DNA from: Podarcis vaucheri
Taxonomy: Eukaryota
NCBI GenBank assembly: GCA_965113315.1
Contig: OZ220368.1
DNA length: 64,000 bases
Direction: 5' to 3' (one strand)
Part shown: piece by piece, positions 26,581 to 38,040 of the stretch
Layout of the letters: each line of letters opens with the position of its first letter
Numbering within the stretch: position 1 is the stretch's first letter
Made by a program: the position numbers and the translations under genes
Notes under the pieces: generated by a model
Told to the model about the DNA's origin: nothing
The model's input: the letters and a program-made list of their open reading frames with translations, nothing else
Databases searched by the model: none

Positions 26581-26584
26581 ATGA

Positions 26585-26984
26585 ACTGACCCAGACCCTG
26601 GGTCCCTCTTCACATGCTTCCTGCATGCGAGAGCCGGAGGGGAACAAAACAAGAACAGGCCTTTTCTGTGGTGTCTCTCATTTGGGGAATGCTCTCCCCA
26701 GGGAGGCTTGCCTGCCGCCTTCATTACATATCTTTAGGTGACAGGCTAAAAACACCCCTCTTTTCCCAGGACTTTGGCTAATTAAACCTTTTAAACTGTT
26801 TGTATTGGGGGGGGGGAAGGAGTTATTGTATGTTACTATTGTGTTTTTTGTGCTCTGGTCCATGGGGTCACAAAGAGTCAGACATGACTAAACGACTAAG
26901 CAACAATAACATTGTAAACGGTTCTGTGATCCTTGGATGAAGGGTGGTATAAAAATTAGTTAGTTAGTTATTAATAATAATAAT
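26585..26984 (+). mobile_element. L2 LINE 3' end (host of the CR1 and of a BovB tail fragment)
   Basis: ggccttttctgtggtg...tggggaatgctctcccc...ctaaaaacacccctcttttcccaggacttt; ends agggtggtataaaaatt...(TAA)n. Confidence 0.7.
26850..26906 (+). mobile_element. Extremely truncated BovB 3' end (57 bp)
   Basis: CTCTGGTCCATGGGGTCACAAAGAGTCAGACATGACTAAACGACTAAGCAACAA is the reverse complement of the BovB tail at about 21703-21757. Confidence 0.85.
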
Positions 26985-26985
26985 G

Positions 26986-27244
26986 CAATCATACCTTGGG
27001 TTACAGACGCTTCAGATTGCGTTTTTTCAGTTTATGGACCGCCAAAACCTGGAAGTACGGGAACGGTTTACTTCTGGATTTCGGCGGTTGTGCATGCACA
27101 GAAGTGCTAAATCGCGCTTTGCGATGTGCAGAAGCGCCAAATCGCAACCCGTGCATGCGCAGACGCACAGACGCGGGTTGTGAATGCTGTGGGTTGCAAA
27201 CGTGCATCCCTTACGGATCACATTCGCAACCCAAGTGTCCACTG
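26986..27244. mobile_element. Tc1/mariner MITE (CpG-rich interior, imperfect TIRs)
   Basis: CAATCATACCTTGGGTT ... AACCCAAGTGTCCACTG|TA. Confidence 0.7.
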
Positions 27245-29847
27245 TAATCACCCTAGGAATTGTAGCTCTGTGATGGGGACATCGGTCTCCTAACAAAACC
27301 CTTTAAAAACTACAACTCCCAGAAAACTGTGGGAGAAGCCATGCTTATTTAAAGTGCTTCAAATGTATGGTGAGAATGTGGCCTCATACCGGAGGTGATT
27401 TGCAATTTCTACCTGCCTGGTGATCAAAATTTGGCCAGTTTGAATCAAATACTGATATCAGTTGCTTTTGTGTAGACTCCAGCACAGGTGTTTTAATAAC
27501 CTTATATTAAATGTGATTTTAAATAGTTGGCAGACTCTTCTGAGCCAGATGCAGAATTCCTAGAGCGATAGGATCTGGTACCTACTGATGCCTAGTTCAG
27601 CAGTTCCATACTTCCACTGGAGAGTAGTCATTCAAAGATAGGGAATGAATTGCAAAGAGCATGCTCGGTCTGAAAGGGGAAGGGAGGGGAATATTCATGC
27701 CTGCTCACATTTCTGTGCAGAAGTAGTTTTAAGCAGGCTATAATAACAACAGCCTAGGAAGCAAGCAGGAAATTTAAAAAGGGTGGGGGGAGAGAACGGC
27801 AAGGGATTGAAAAATTACCTAGGCATGTACAGGATATTGCTTGGATGTAAAAGATGTTTGAACTAGTTGAACTTCTCTCCATTTAATCATAAATAATATT
27901 GGAATCATCATGAAAATGAGCACAGTGGGATATGGCAAGAAAGCTCAGGTTCCTACAGCTGACTAGCAGCCGCTGTGATGGGGGGAGGTGGAGAGGTGAA
28001 AAATGCAATTTCATTGATTGCTGTCTGCACAGTGACCTCGTCCTGCTTTCCAGAGCAGGGTCAATATGAAGAGAAAATAATTTGGCTTTAAATGCTCCGT
28101 TACCTAATGAATAATGGAAATGGCATCAGCCAGGGTGCATTGCCCCAGGGTCCTGGCCCCACATTTTAAGGCATCAAGGGAATCCAAAGCTTTATGATGT
28201 GTCAAAGCTGTCACTCCACAACGTGGAACGCTGGCTGCAAAACTCAGCAGCATCCCAATGAGCCAAATCCACTACAGCAGGTGTGGGAAACCTCAGTCCC
28301 AGAAGTCCTTTGGACTTTCTCAAGGCCACATCCCTAACCAGACTGGCATCTTGCCCTTCTTGAGTGTTGTCTTGGGACTGGAATTTCTCCTTGAACTCTG
28401 AGAATGCCTCTTGATCAGAGGATAGAGAGGGATGTGTTTGTGGAAACTAGCCTACTGTACAGAGGTAAAAATTTACATCCATCGCCCTAACCACCACTGG
28501 AATGTGGCCCATGGAAGATGGTCCAGATATTATTATTTTTTAAAGTCCTCATGAAAATTCACCAGCATTTTTTTTGCGCACAAATTATTCATATAGTATT
28601 TTTGCCCAATCTACACATTTTTTTAAAAAAGCAAAACAGTTTCCCCTAATAAACATGCATTTTATGGTTTTTTTTGTTTGTTTCTTTGTTTGTAAGTTAC
28701 TTTGAGTTGCCTTGGCAAGATAAAGTGATCAACAAATTTAATACCTACATCAATCAATAAATAAATATGCACATTATCCTTTAGTAGATGCATTTTGTAC
28801 ACATGATTTGGCTGGAGAAACTACAATGCAAAATTCAGAGATATGAGAATTTTGAAAGATGGTCAGTATGTTTTCTGTATTGTTTTGGAAAATGTGTGAG
28901 GTAGGTTCACCTTTAAATGTGAACTCTTGTCAAATTTCTCCCCTATCCATTCTATTTAGAGCACTACCAGTAAATTCTCAATAACTCTGTGTATCTTTGA
29001 TTGCATAAACAAGCCTCAGACCTAATAACAATTCAACACCTGAACATCATTTGCAAACTAGCCCCAGGCCTAATAAAAAATATATCCACATCTGACAATC
29101 ATTTGCAAAGTGAACACAGTGGACAGTGGCTAGATGTTTCCTGCTATGCCAAGTGTGTAACGTTACTCTAAGAATGGAATACCTGCTCACACAATGCTGC
29201 AATAATGCTGAGATAAACTGTTCCAACTCTTCCTCAAATTACGGCCATCCTATAAATAGCCTGATGTTTATCTCACAATGCAGAAGCCATATCCTTTTTC
29301 TGTTCCTAGAGGCCTAATGATCTTACCACCACATTTTATGGTCATGGGAAGGTGGGAGAATTAGGAGAGATGCTGCTTAAATAACTATTAATGCCAACTC
29401 ACATAACAGATGCACAGACTGTACCATGGGAAGACTGCCTTAGATTGTAGAACCATTATCCTTCTCTATCAATCATATTCTCACCTGCTCATGGGAGGCA
29501 GAGTACACACCTGTATCTAGTTAGCAGCAGACTAAGTGACTTCAGCATTTCTTTGTCACTTTCATTCTGCCTTCTTAGGCAGACACTTTGATTTTAGGAA
29601 GTCACATTTACTGTCAAGAAAATGTGTAACTGATACATTGTTTGGACTACACAGCAGTAATTGAACTGAATATTGGGGTGGACACACCTCATTGGTTACA
29701 TTGTAGAGAAAAATCTAGTAAAAATTGAAACCTTTTTTTAGAAAAAGAATATATTTATTAAGAGTTTTACAATACTCTGTGGATCAAGATGGATCTAAAT
29801 CCAACAAAATCATTGGATGTGTGGCTCAACTTTTGTTCATACAACAG

Positions 29848-29919
29848 AATGTTGCTCCCAGTACAGATGTTTGGGGTTTACAGTGGGTGCACAGGGGGAG
29901 AAGTCATTTTGCTCACACA
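29848..29919 (+). CDS. Candidate 72-nt exon (frame undetermined)
   Basis: Acceptor cttttgttcatacaacag, donor ACA|gtaagt, all frames open. Confidence 0.25.
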
Positions 29920-32900
29920 GTAAGTTTGCTGGATACAACCACACCTTTTTAGAGGCCAACGTCAGGAAGCAAATGGATGATGTCCATGATGGATTCTAAT
30001 GAATGAGCCCAAACACATCTTCAGATTCATCACTGAATTATTTTCTGATGCAGATCAGCAGTATCTCCAAGGAAATCACACAAGTTCTTGAATTTTGAAA
30101 ATAAAATGTATGACACAGTGTAGTAAAAGTAGCTTCAATAACATTTGCTTATTTGCTTCTTTCAAGCAGAATTCAAATGGAAGTGAGATGCTAAGAAAGG
30201 AGAAAGAAGGAAGGTACACAAACAGAATTTTTATCTATGATTACATGAAGTAGAAGATAATTGCTCACAAGTATACAAAGACACAGCATATTCTTATTTA
30301 AGTATTTTCACTGCATTTCTTAGTTGCCTGATTATTAGTGTTCTCTGGGTAATGTACAATGTAATGATGTAATAACCCCCCCCAAAACAATTCTTAAAAA
30401 GGCAAAATTAACACAATCAATATTAAACAGAGAAAACTGAAACTATACTAGTAGCAAACAGCCATCACATGAAAACATTTCAGGGATAGCACAGGGGTAA
30501 AAGGATTGTATTTAAAAAGCTAGTGAGAATAAAAACATATTTACTTGCAACCAAATTGACATTACTGGGCAATACTCTCTGGAGAGTGCATTCCACAATC
30601 AAGGGAGCCACTGCTGAAAAGGCTGTCCCCTTTGAAGCCACTGCCTTATTTCAGCTTGTATGGGCAAATGGAAAAGGGCCTCCACTGAGGATCAGAGGAA
30701 TGAGTGATTCTGCATATACTGTGGTCCCAAACCTTGAAGAGAGTCAGCACTTTGAAATGGGTATTCTTGAAGAGCTACTGTTTAAAATGAAGCTGGAAAA
30801 ATTCATGCTCCACCCTCAACATCTCCACCCTGGTTGTGGTGCTAACAGGCATCACACACTGAAAAAGAGGCCAGTTTGTTGACATATCTGCATATCTCAG
30901 TTTTTTAACCATAACAAGTCAAGTGGCTATGCTCTTCTGTCTTCATATGCATTTTTGTAATAATTTCAACACTGTTTTGTGTTTTCCAGAATGTGCTTGC
31001 ACTATGTTGTTACACAAGTGAACATGTGTAGGACAAATCTCCAATAAACATGTTCCTTAACCACTATAGGTGGCATCCGACTAATTTGTTCCATCAGCAC
31101 AAGGATTTCTGTATGCTCAGTCCTACTTCCCCTTCCATGCTTGCCTTGCTTCCTCCCCAAGTCTACTCCAGAGGGTTGGGGGAACCTCAGAACATATTTA
31201 GGGAGCATGTGGCAGGGGCAGACTTTGGGAATCTTTTGTAATATGGTGCCCTGTGTGAGGCTAAAAGGAGGTGCCCCCAAATGTATCTTTTCAATTATGG
31301 GTCTTCTCAGTTTTGCAGCCCCTCAGCTTGGTGCCCTGTGTGGGAAACCACCCACACCACCCTAAATCCAGCACCGCACATGGAGGAGCAATGGAGGGGG
31401 AGTCCCATTGCACAAGTAGAAATTTTTGCACTGGTGGGAGACTTACTTAGCTCTGCGTTGGCAACAACACAATGACTGGTGAATTCTATAGGGGTACAAG
31501 TAAGTAAAACATTCAGCATTGCAATAATAATAACGATGTTACTGCCAGCAAAGCTTTTCAGACTCCAATTTTTCTCAAAAGTCCCTTCCTCCTGTTCTGA
31601 CACAATCCTCCAGATTCAGACTTCGTCTCATTTATTCATGTTGGGAGGAATAGCAAAAACACTGACACCAAAGGAGATGGGAATGAAGAGCTTTGTTCTT
31701 GACTAGCTACCTTTTCATTTTCCATCATTTAAACACCTTGTCAGAAAGCTGGCAAGATTCATACACAACTCTTCAGCGCGAGAAGAGGCAAATTCCATTA
31801 GGTTCACAACTGAGCGGTAACCCGAGAAAGACTTCATTTTTCCACCTTACACCTTTTCTTAGAAAAACACACTAGCATAATCTGATTCTAAGGTACCCTC
31901 TCATTATGGTTCAGCTCTGTACAGTACTGTACAAGGAAGAAAAACGTCAACTAGAATAATCCATGTAAACCAAGGATGGGGAATCTGTGGCCAGATGTTG
32001 GAATCTAACTCCCATCAATCAAAGCTTGCATACCCCATGGTCAGGGATGGTGGGAGTTGTAATCCAACAATATTTGGAGGGTCACAGATGCTCCTGTGCT
32101 CTTAAGATGTCTATGCCAATGCTAATATTAATGTATGTACATTGCTTGATATCTAATCAATCAATGACTCACAGTTGAACATTCACTCATTCAATTCCCT
32201 CCGTTGTGTTATGAGTTAGGACTGGGTGACATGAGAGCTCTGCATGTTCTGTGATGCCTCATTTCATAAATGCAAGTCATGGCTTGGCATGATGCTGTGA
32301 TGATGGGCATGAACGTGTGAAATCATTCCATGAAAAACAGTTGTCATTCTGAGTGCGTAAACAAAGGAAATGGACATGGTATTGCTAATTCAACCTTTGC
32401 TGCTGGGAACAGACTTTTATAATGGTGATGGGAAACTATTATAGTCATCAAATATGTGGGAGAAAATAGGAAGGCCTCCCCATGATATTTTGTGTCGGGG
32501 CACAAGAAGGGAAAGACTCTCCTTTATGCCACCCTTGCCCATTTGTGTCAGCTGATGGATAAGGTTTATCTGCTACAAGGCAGGCAGAGGAACTCAACAA
32601 CTGCCATCACTACTATTTTGGGAGTGTAATGTGGAAAGGGCATAGTCATTGGCTGGCAATCTCCACAGAACTTCACGGGATGAGCACCACCAGAAGAATC
32701 AACTCTTTCTAAAATTACAAAATAACATCATGGGGTGCAGAAGCATGGTGGCACAGGTGGGTGCTTCTCCTTTCAGCAGCTATGGACCCAATGAGAAGAA
32801 GGATCTAACCATCCTCCACCTGAAAGACACAAGTGGTTGGTTACATTTGGGGGAAATCACCAAAATATGGCGTAGAGAGCTTTGTAGCAGTAGTTGCAAT

Positions 32901-34708
32901 GATGTCTTCTTTTGCCCAGGATATCCACAGTTGGTCAAACCAAGCAGTTTCTGATGCTTCGGCTTGATAAAGAGAACCCTTGGCAGAGTAGCTTCTCAGC
33001 AGTGGTGGTGGTACCTTCCTGCATCTTTCTCCCTTCCACTAAAAGGTGTGTCTTGCCTGCACTCCCATAATATAACATTCTCCTAAAGCAGGTGCATAGA
33101 AAACACATGCATGAAAAGTGTTGCTTGTTGGCAGGAATTCTTCCTGGACTTTGGCTTAATCAGGGAGGATATTGAGCTCTGGTGGAGGGAGGGGAGAAGA
33201 GATAGAATGGCCTTCTCCTGTTTTGCAAGCTTACAATATCTATTGAGACTCTGGGCATGTGGGTGTAGCTTATTTGCTCCCAGTGAGCAGGAAGTGGTGA
33301 TTTGGAAAGAAACAGGCTCCAGCTTCTGTGCATTTTGCCGAGGAACAGTTAAGAGTTGTGTATATTTTAATTTGTAGGTTGGATTTTGTACAAAATGCCA
33401 AGCAAGACGCAGCCCTAGGATTCCATGAGTAACCTGTACACAAGCTGGTTGCAGCATCTGAATGCCAAGCCTCTGATTCTGCCAAGAAAAGTGGCATTCA
33501 GAGAACATTAAGGAACGTGTCCCATCCCAGGGGATCTCTTTTTCTTTTGCAAAGTGACAGATCTACAAAGGATTCACAGAGATCACTTTCCCTAGTGCTG
33601 AAATGGAACGTAATGGAACACAGCAGCTGTTAAAAGTGATGTGTGATAGAAACGAGGCTGTATATAACTAATCAACTGGATGATATAAATCTTCTACCTT
33701 TCCAGTGTCCTCTTCACTGTTGTCATCTTCTCCTGTTATTACCATCTTAAATCATGTGGCATGTGCTTCTGGGAGAGGAAGTCATGCTTAATATGTTGTG
33801 CTCATGTATGTATGGTTCTCAAGAAGGCACTTACTGACCTTTAAGATTATTTCTCTGGCTAAGGATATGCATGCTAACCAGTGAACTTGTATATCAAACA
33901 TCAATAGTGTGAAATAGTATGTCCTTCAGTTTCTAATGAACCCTCATCCATATTCTCAGCCTGCATTCCCCACCTGGCTGTATTTACAATGACAAGTAAT
34001 TAATTTCTCTATGACTGCTTTTAAGGACTTTTTTGCCGCCACCCCCCCCCAACCAATTGCACAAAGACATCACAGGAGCTGTTTTCTCTTTAAAATGTGA
34101 CATTTACAAATAAGCATAGTTAGGAGCCCTTTACTTGCAAGCCATATGATATTAGAAGATATTAGAAGTTACATTATTTTTCTTTTCCTCCAAATTCAAA
34201 AGGAGTACTTGCAGCAGATGGACCAGCATTCCCTGACCTGGCACCCTCCAATGTTTTTGGACTACAACTCTCATCAGCCCTGGCCATTGGCTATGCTGGC
34301 TGAGGCTTATGGAATTTTATAGTCCAAAATATCTGGAGGGAACCAAGTGGGGAAAATCTCAGTCTTGCTCATAAGGCAAAGCTGAAGCTTGTTTCTCCAT
34401 AAATCAACTGCTGACAGACCTTGCAGCTTGGGTGAATCAGATGGAATAATCACTTGCAACTTCTGGAGTTCAAAGACTTTATTCATGCAGGATCTATTTA
34501 CAGGATGAGTGGAGATAATAGAGAAACAGCAGACATTTTGTCTCAACAAGTTGTGAGAGAAGAAAACAAAATGACTCAGCTTTTAGGGGTGGGATTAATT
34601 TGGATAAAGACTGCAAACAAGTGCTGGCTAGGTTGCTAGAGAAACAGTGCCCTCATATGGCTTAAATTAATACATGCATTAACTAGAAGCTCAGGAGAAG
34701 GAAGTGTA

Positions 34709-35114
34709 CAGTGGTGCCCCGCAAGACGAATGCCTCGCAAGATGGAAAACCCGCTAGACGAAAGGGTTTTCCGTTTTGGAGGTGCTTCGCAAAACGAATT
34801 TCCTATGGGCTTGCTTCGCAAGACGAAAATGTCTTGCGAGTTCCTGCCGGGTTTTTTCCCTCCCCCCCCTTTTCCCAAGCCGCTAAGCTGCTTATCAGCT
34901 GATCCGCTAACCCGCTTATCAGCTGATCCGCTAAGCCGCTTATCAGCTGATCCGCTAAGCCGCTAAACCGCTTATCAACTGATCCGCTAAGCCCGCTAAG
35001 CCGCTAATAGCGCTAGTCCGCTAAGCCGCTAATGGGCTTGCTTCGCAAGACGAAAAAACAGCAAGACGAAGAGACTCGCGGAACGGATTCTTTTCGTCTT
35101 GCGAGGCACCACTG
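34709..35114. mobile_element. Tc1/mariner MITE (406 bp) with internal tandem array
   Basis: 22-bp TIRs CAGTGGTGCC(C/T)CGCAAGACGAA, TA TSD, CpG-rich. Confidence 0.9.
34880..35032 (+). repeat. 24-bp minisatellite CCGCTAAGCCGCTTATCAGCTGAT (about 4 units) decaying into CCGCTAAG 8-mers
   Basis: Direct reading. Confidence 0.9.
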
Positions 35115-36835
35115 TATTTGCTTTCCTCCACAAACAACATGTTTCCCTATCTTCACTAAGCAGTTTCACTCATCCTTCTTATTTCATCTAGCAAACACCT
35201 TGTCGTAACCCATACACTTTCACCTTTACTCTTCCTGCATGGTGGACAGTGTGGCTTGAGTCCCAATTAGTTATGTTATTCTTCATTCCCTCTAGCCTAG
35301 CAGTTTACCATTTAAAAAAACAAACAAACAAACAAACACAAAACAAAACAAAATGGATTGCGATAACAATGGCCACCTGGCAAAGCTGAATTATCACACT
35401 GAACATTGCGTCTCATCTCATCCAAGTGCAGAAATGAGTTTTGCAGAGCAACCACGCGAAGACAGATTTGTGTACATGTGTGTAATTAACCAGACACTAC
35501 CTAGATGCTTTTCTGGTGAAATGCATTGATTAAGGAAGGAGCCCGCTTGAAGAATGCCCTGTGCTGGAAGAGGACTGGAAGCTACCTTGGTGACTTTGGT
35601 GAGACCTGGGATGTAGCTGGAGAGCCATATGTGTTCTTCCCTGCTGTAGCAGACTGACACTGAATATGCCAGAGGCCGTTGCCTCACTGCTACTCACAAG
35701 CTGCAGAAAGAGATATTACCTGGTACATAAGCACACTCTTTGCCTGTGGCAATCCTATTTCAAGATTTTGCTTTTCTTCATGGGCATGCCTCTCATTCTT
35801 TAGATGGGTATTGTGTCTTGGAAGAGAACTGTTTACTTTCTGCCACTGTTTATGAGAGCATGGAAAACCAATTAGATTCATCCAGAGCCCCACATGAAGT
35901 GCAGCAGCCCTGTCTTAAATATTGGTGGAAACCCAGCTGCTTTTACAGAGTGTTAAGTCACAGAGAGATCAGCCCAGATGCAATTGCTAAATGGAGTTAA
36001 GCTTCCAGTGACTAGAAGAAAATCAGGCACAAGTACAAGAAGGGAGGAGCAATTATGAGATACTATATAAGGGACAGGGACAGGGCAATTAATCATAAAT
36101 AATCTAACCATGATCAATAGGAAGTAATACAATGGTCAGAAACTCTGTTGTCTAGGATATATGAGTGGCTGCTAATAGCTGTGGCCTTACCAAGGGGATG
36201 TGGTTTTGGCCCAGGGTTAACTGCTGCACTGTTGGTGGGGCTCGCCTTAACAACAGTTCACAAACTGTCATAGGTACAAAATGGCACCACTAAAATGTTG
36301 CTTGGCCCTTTGCTGTTGAAACACAGTACTCCAACCTTATGTCAACTATGTTGGTGACTTTTTCACCTCTTAATCAGATAGCTTAATGGGACTTTGAGTG
36401 CTTCCAGATAGATTTTTATTATGGGATCAAGGCTTCTCACGCATGCAAGGTTTTTTTGGGTTCACATGACATCGCTGTGATCAAAATGTCAGCCTGTATT
36501 CCACCTGCCCGCCCCCATTTAAGCCTTTGTGAAGATGCATCTGTCCTTACGCAATTGTAATGTTACAGCAATGTTAGTGTGACATAGTTTGTGACATTGT
36601 ACTGGTCTAACAGTTGGTGTGCCCTAGGCACTTGGAGAATCAGATTATTAATGAGTTTCTTGAGGGAGGGACGCACACTCTGTTTTTATAACTGTGTGAA
36701 TAATTTGCTTATCTGCAATAATACAGAGTATATAAAATTATGAGAGGATTTAAAAAAGAAAAAATTAAAGCATGGCAACATACACACAAGCCAGCATCAG
36801 ATATCCAACATGATGAGGGGATAAAGCTGGATGGG

Positions 36836-36992
36836 AAGGGCTGTGGTTCAGTGCAGCAATGCTTTGCATATAAAGGATTCCAGGTTCAATCCTTTGCATC
36901 TTCAGCTATGGCTGGACAAGACTGTCTGACACCAAGGTGAGCTGCTGCCCGTCAGAAAATACTGAGCTAGTTAGGCCAATGGTCCAACTCAG
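36836..36992 (+). mobile_element. Degraded tRNA-derived squamate SINE (Squam3-like)
   Basis: gggctgtggttcagtg...ccaggttcaatcc (A/B boxes), body gagctgctgcc...atactgagctag...ccaatggtc; another degraded copy at about 48270-48390 (-). Confidence 0.6.
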
Positions 36993-37151
36993 TTTTTTAT
37001 GCATAAAAGGATTCAAAGCAGCATAGATGCTTTCTAGATAAAACAGCATAAGGAAAGACCTGCTGAATCAGACTAAAGTCCAGTGTTCTGTTTCCACGAT
37101 GGTCAACCAGAGGCTTATGGAAAACCTACAAGCAAAACTCCTATTCCTGGG

Positions 37152-37154
<3 letters not shown>

Positions 37155-37200
<46 letters not shown>

Positions 37201-37280
37201 TTATTTATACCCTGCCCATCTGGCTGGGATTCCCCAGCCACTCTGGGTGGCTTCCAGCAAAACATTAAAATACAATATTT
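37155..37280 (-). mobile_element. L2 3' end with (AAT)n microsatellite at its tail
   Basis: Minus strand ggaagccacccagagtggctggggaatcccagccagatgggcagggtataaataa; same family at about 62840-62930 (+). Confidence 0.75.
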
Positions 37281-38007
37281 AAGGTGGGGTATTGAATGGT
37301 TGAATGGTCTTGCCAGGGAAGATGTGTATGTGTGCATTCCTTACTCTCAGAGAATAGCATATCTGGGAGAAAGGTGGGCTATAACATTTTCCTGATATCT
37401 AATGTTCTTTGCAAAATGAATTTCTGCACAGCAAGGGACATTCATATATGCTCTCCCCACCTACAGTCTGAGGTCTTCAGTGGGTGCTGGTTTCATTAGG
37501 CAAAAGGGAGGTACTTCTTACTTAAACTAGTTGAGTGGGTGGCACTGGCTGTCAGCCTCCTGCTACTTTTGCAGATCTCAACAGGGAAGAAGGTGGAGTT
37601 GGCTCCATCTACCATTGGCTCTGGTTCTGCCTCCTGTTGGCATGCCTGCCTTCCTCCCTAAATTCTCCCTAGGGGAACTAGACACTACTAAAATTGGTGA
37701 AACCCAGGGAGAGTTGGACCATGTGGTGAGCTTCTTTCTCTAGGGAGGATCTAATTTATGTGTGCTTTGCAGCTTAAAAATTCATCAGAGAAATGATTAA
37801 TGTAGTCCTTTCCCCTACTGATGCTGGAATTTCATTTAAGCTACTGAAATGATAGGACTCTCAGGTAACCCCTTTGCTCTTGGATTCAAGTGGCATTTAA
37901 GATGGTCTAGATCTTGGAGAATTATGTTCTATTTACAGTCCCCTCCTGCGGATAGTTTTGTCCTTAAAAGTTCACACCTTATATAAGATGTTCCATTAAC
38001 TTCACAG

Positions 38008-38040
38008 GACTGTTGCTGAGTGAGACCTTCATGTTTGAAG
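38008..38040 (+). CDS. Candidate exon ending in phase 1 (GLLLSETFMFE; may start at 37971 giving FTPYIRCSINFTGLLLSETFMFE)
   Basis: Consensus donor AAG|gtaagt; acceptor cattaacttcacag or ttttgtccttaaaag; single open frame. Confidence 0.4.

Larger units (their letters stand above)
25965..27383. mobile_element. Palindromic Harbinger-like MITE split by about 1.1 kb of nested insertions
   Basis: Left arm about 25965-26146, right arm about 27247-27383; termini GGCTACGTTCAC / GAGAATGTGGCC; arms are mutually inverted (gagttgttaggagac vs gtctcctaacaa). Confidence 0.65.

Noticed and set aside
34880-35032. CRISPR-like array
   Set aside because: Contiguous repeats without unique spacers, inside a MITE, in a vertebrate genome
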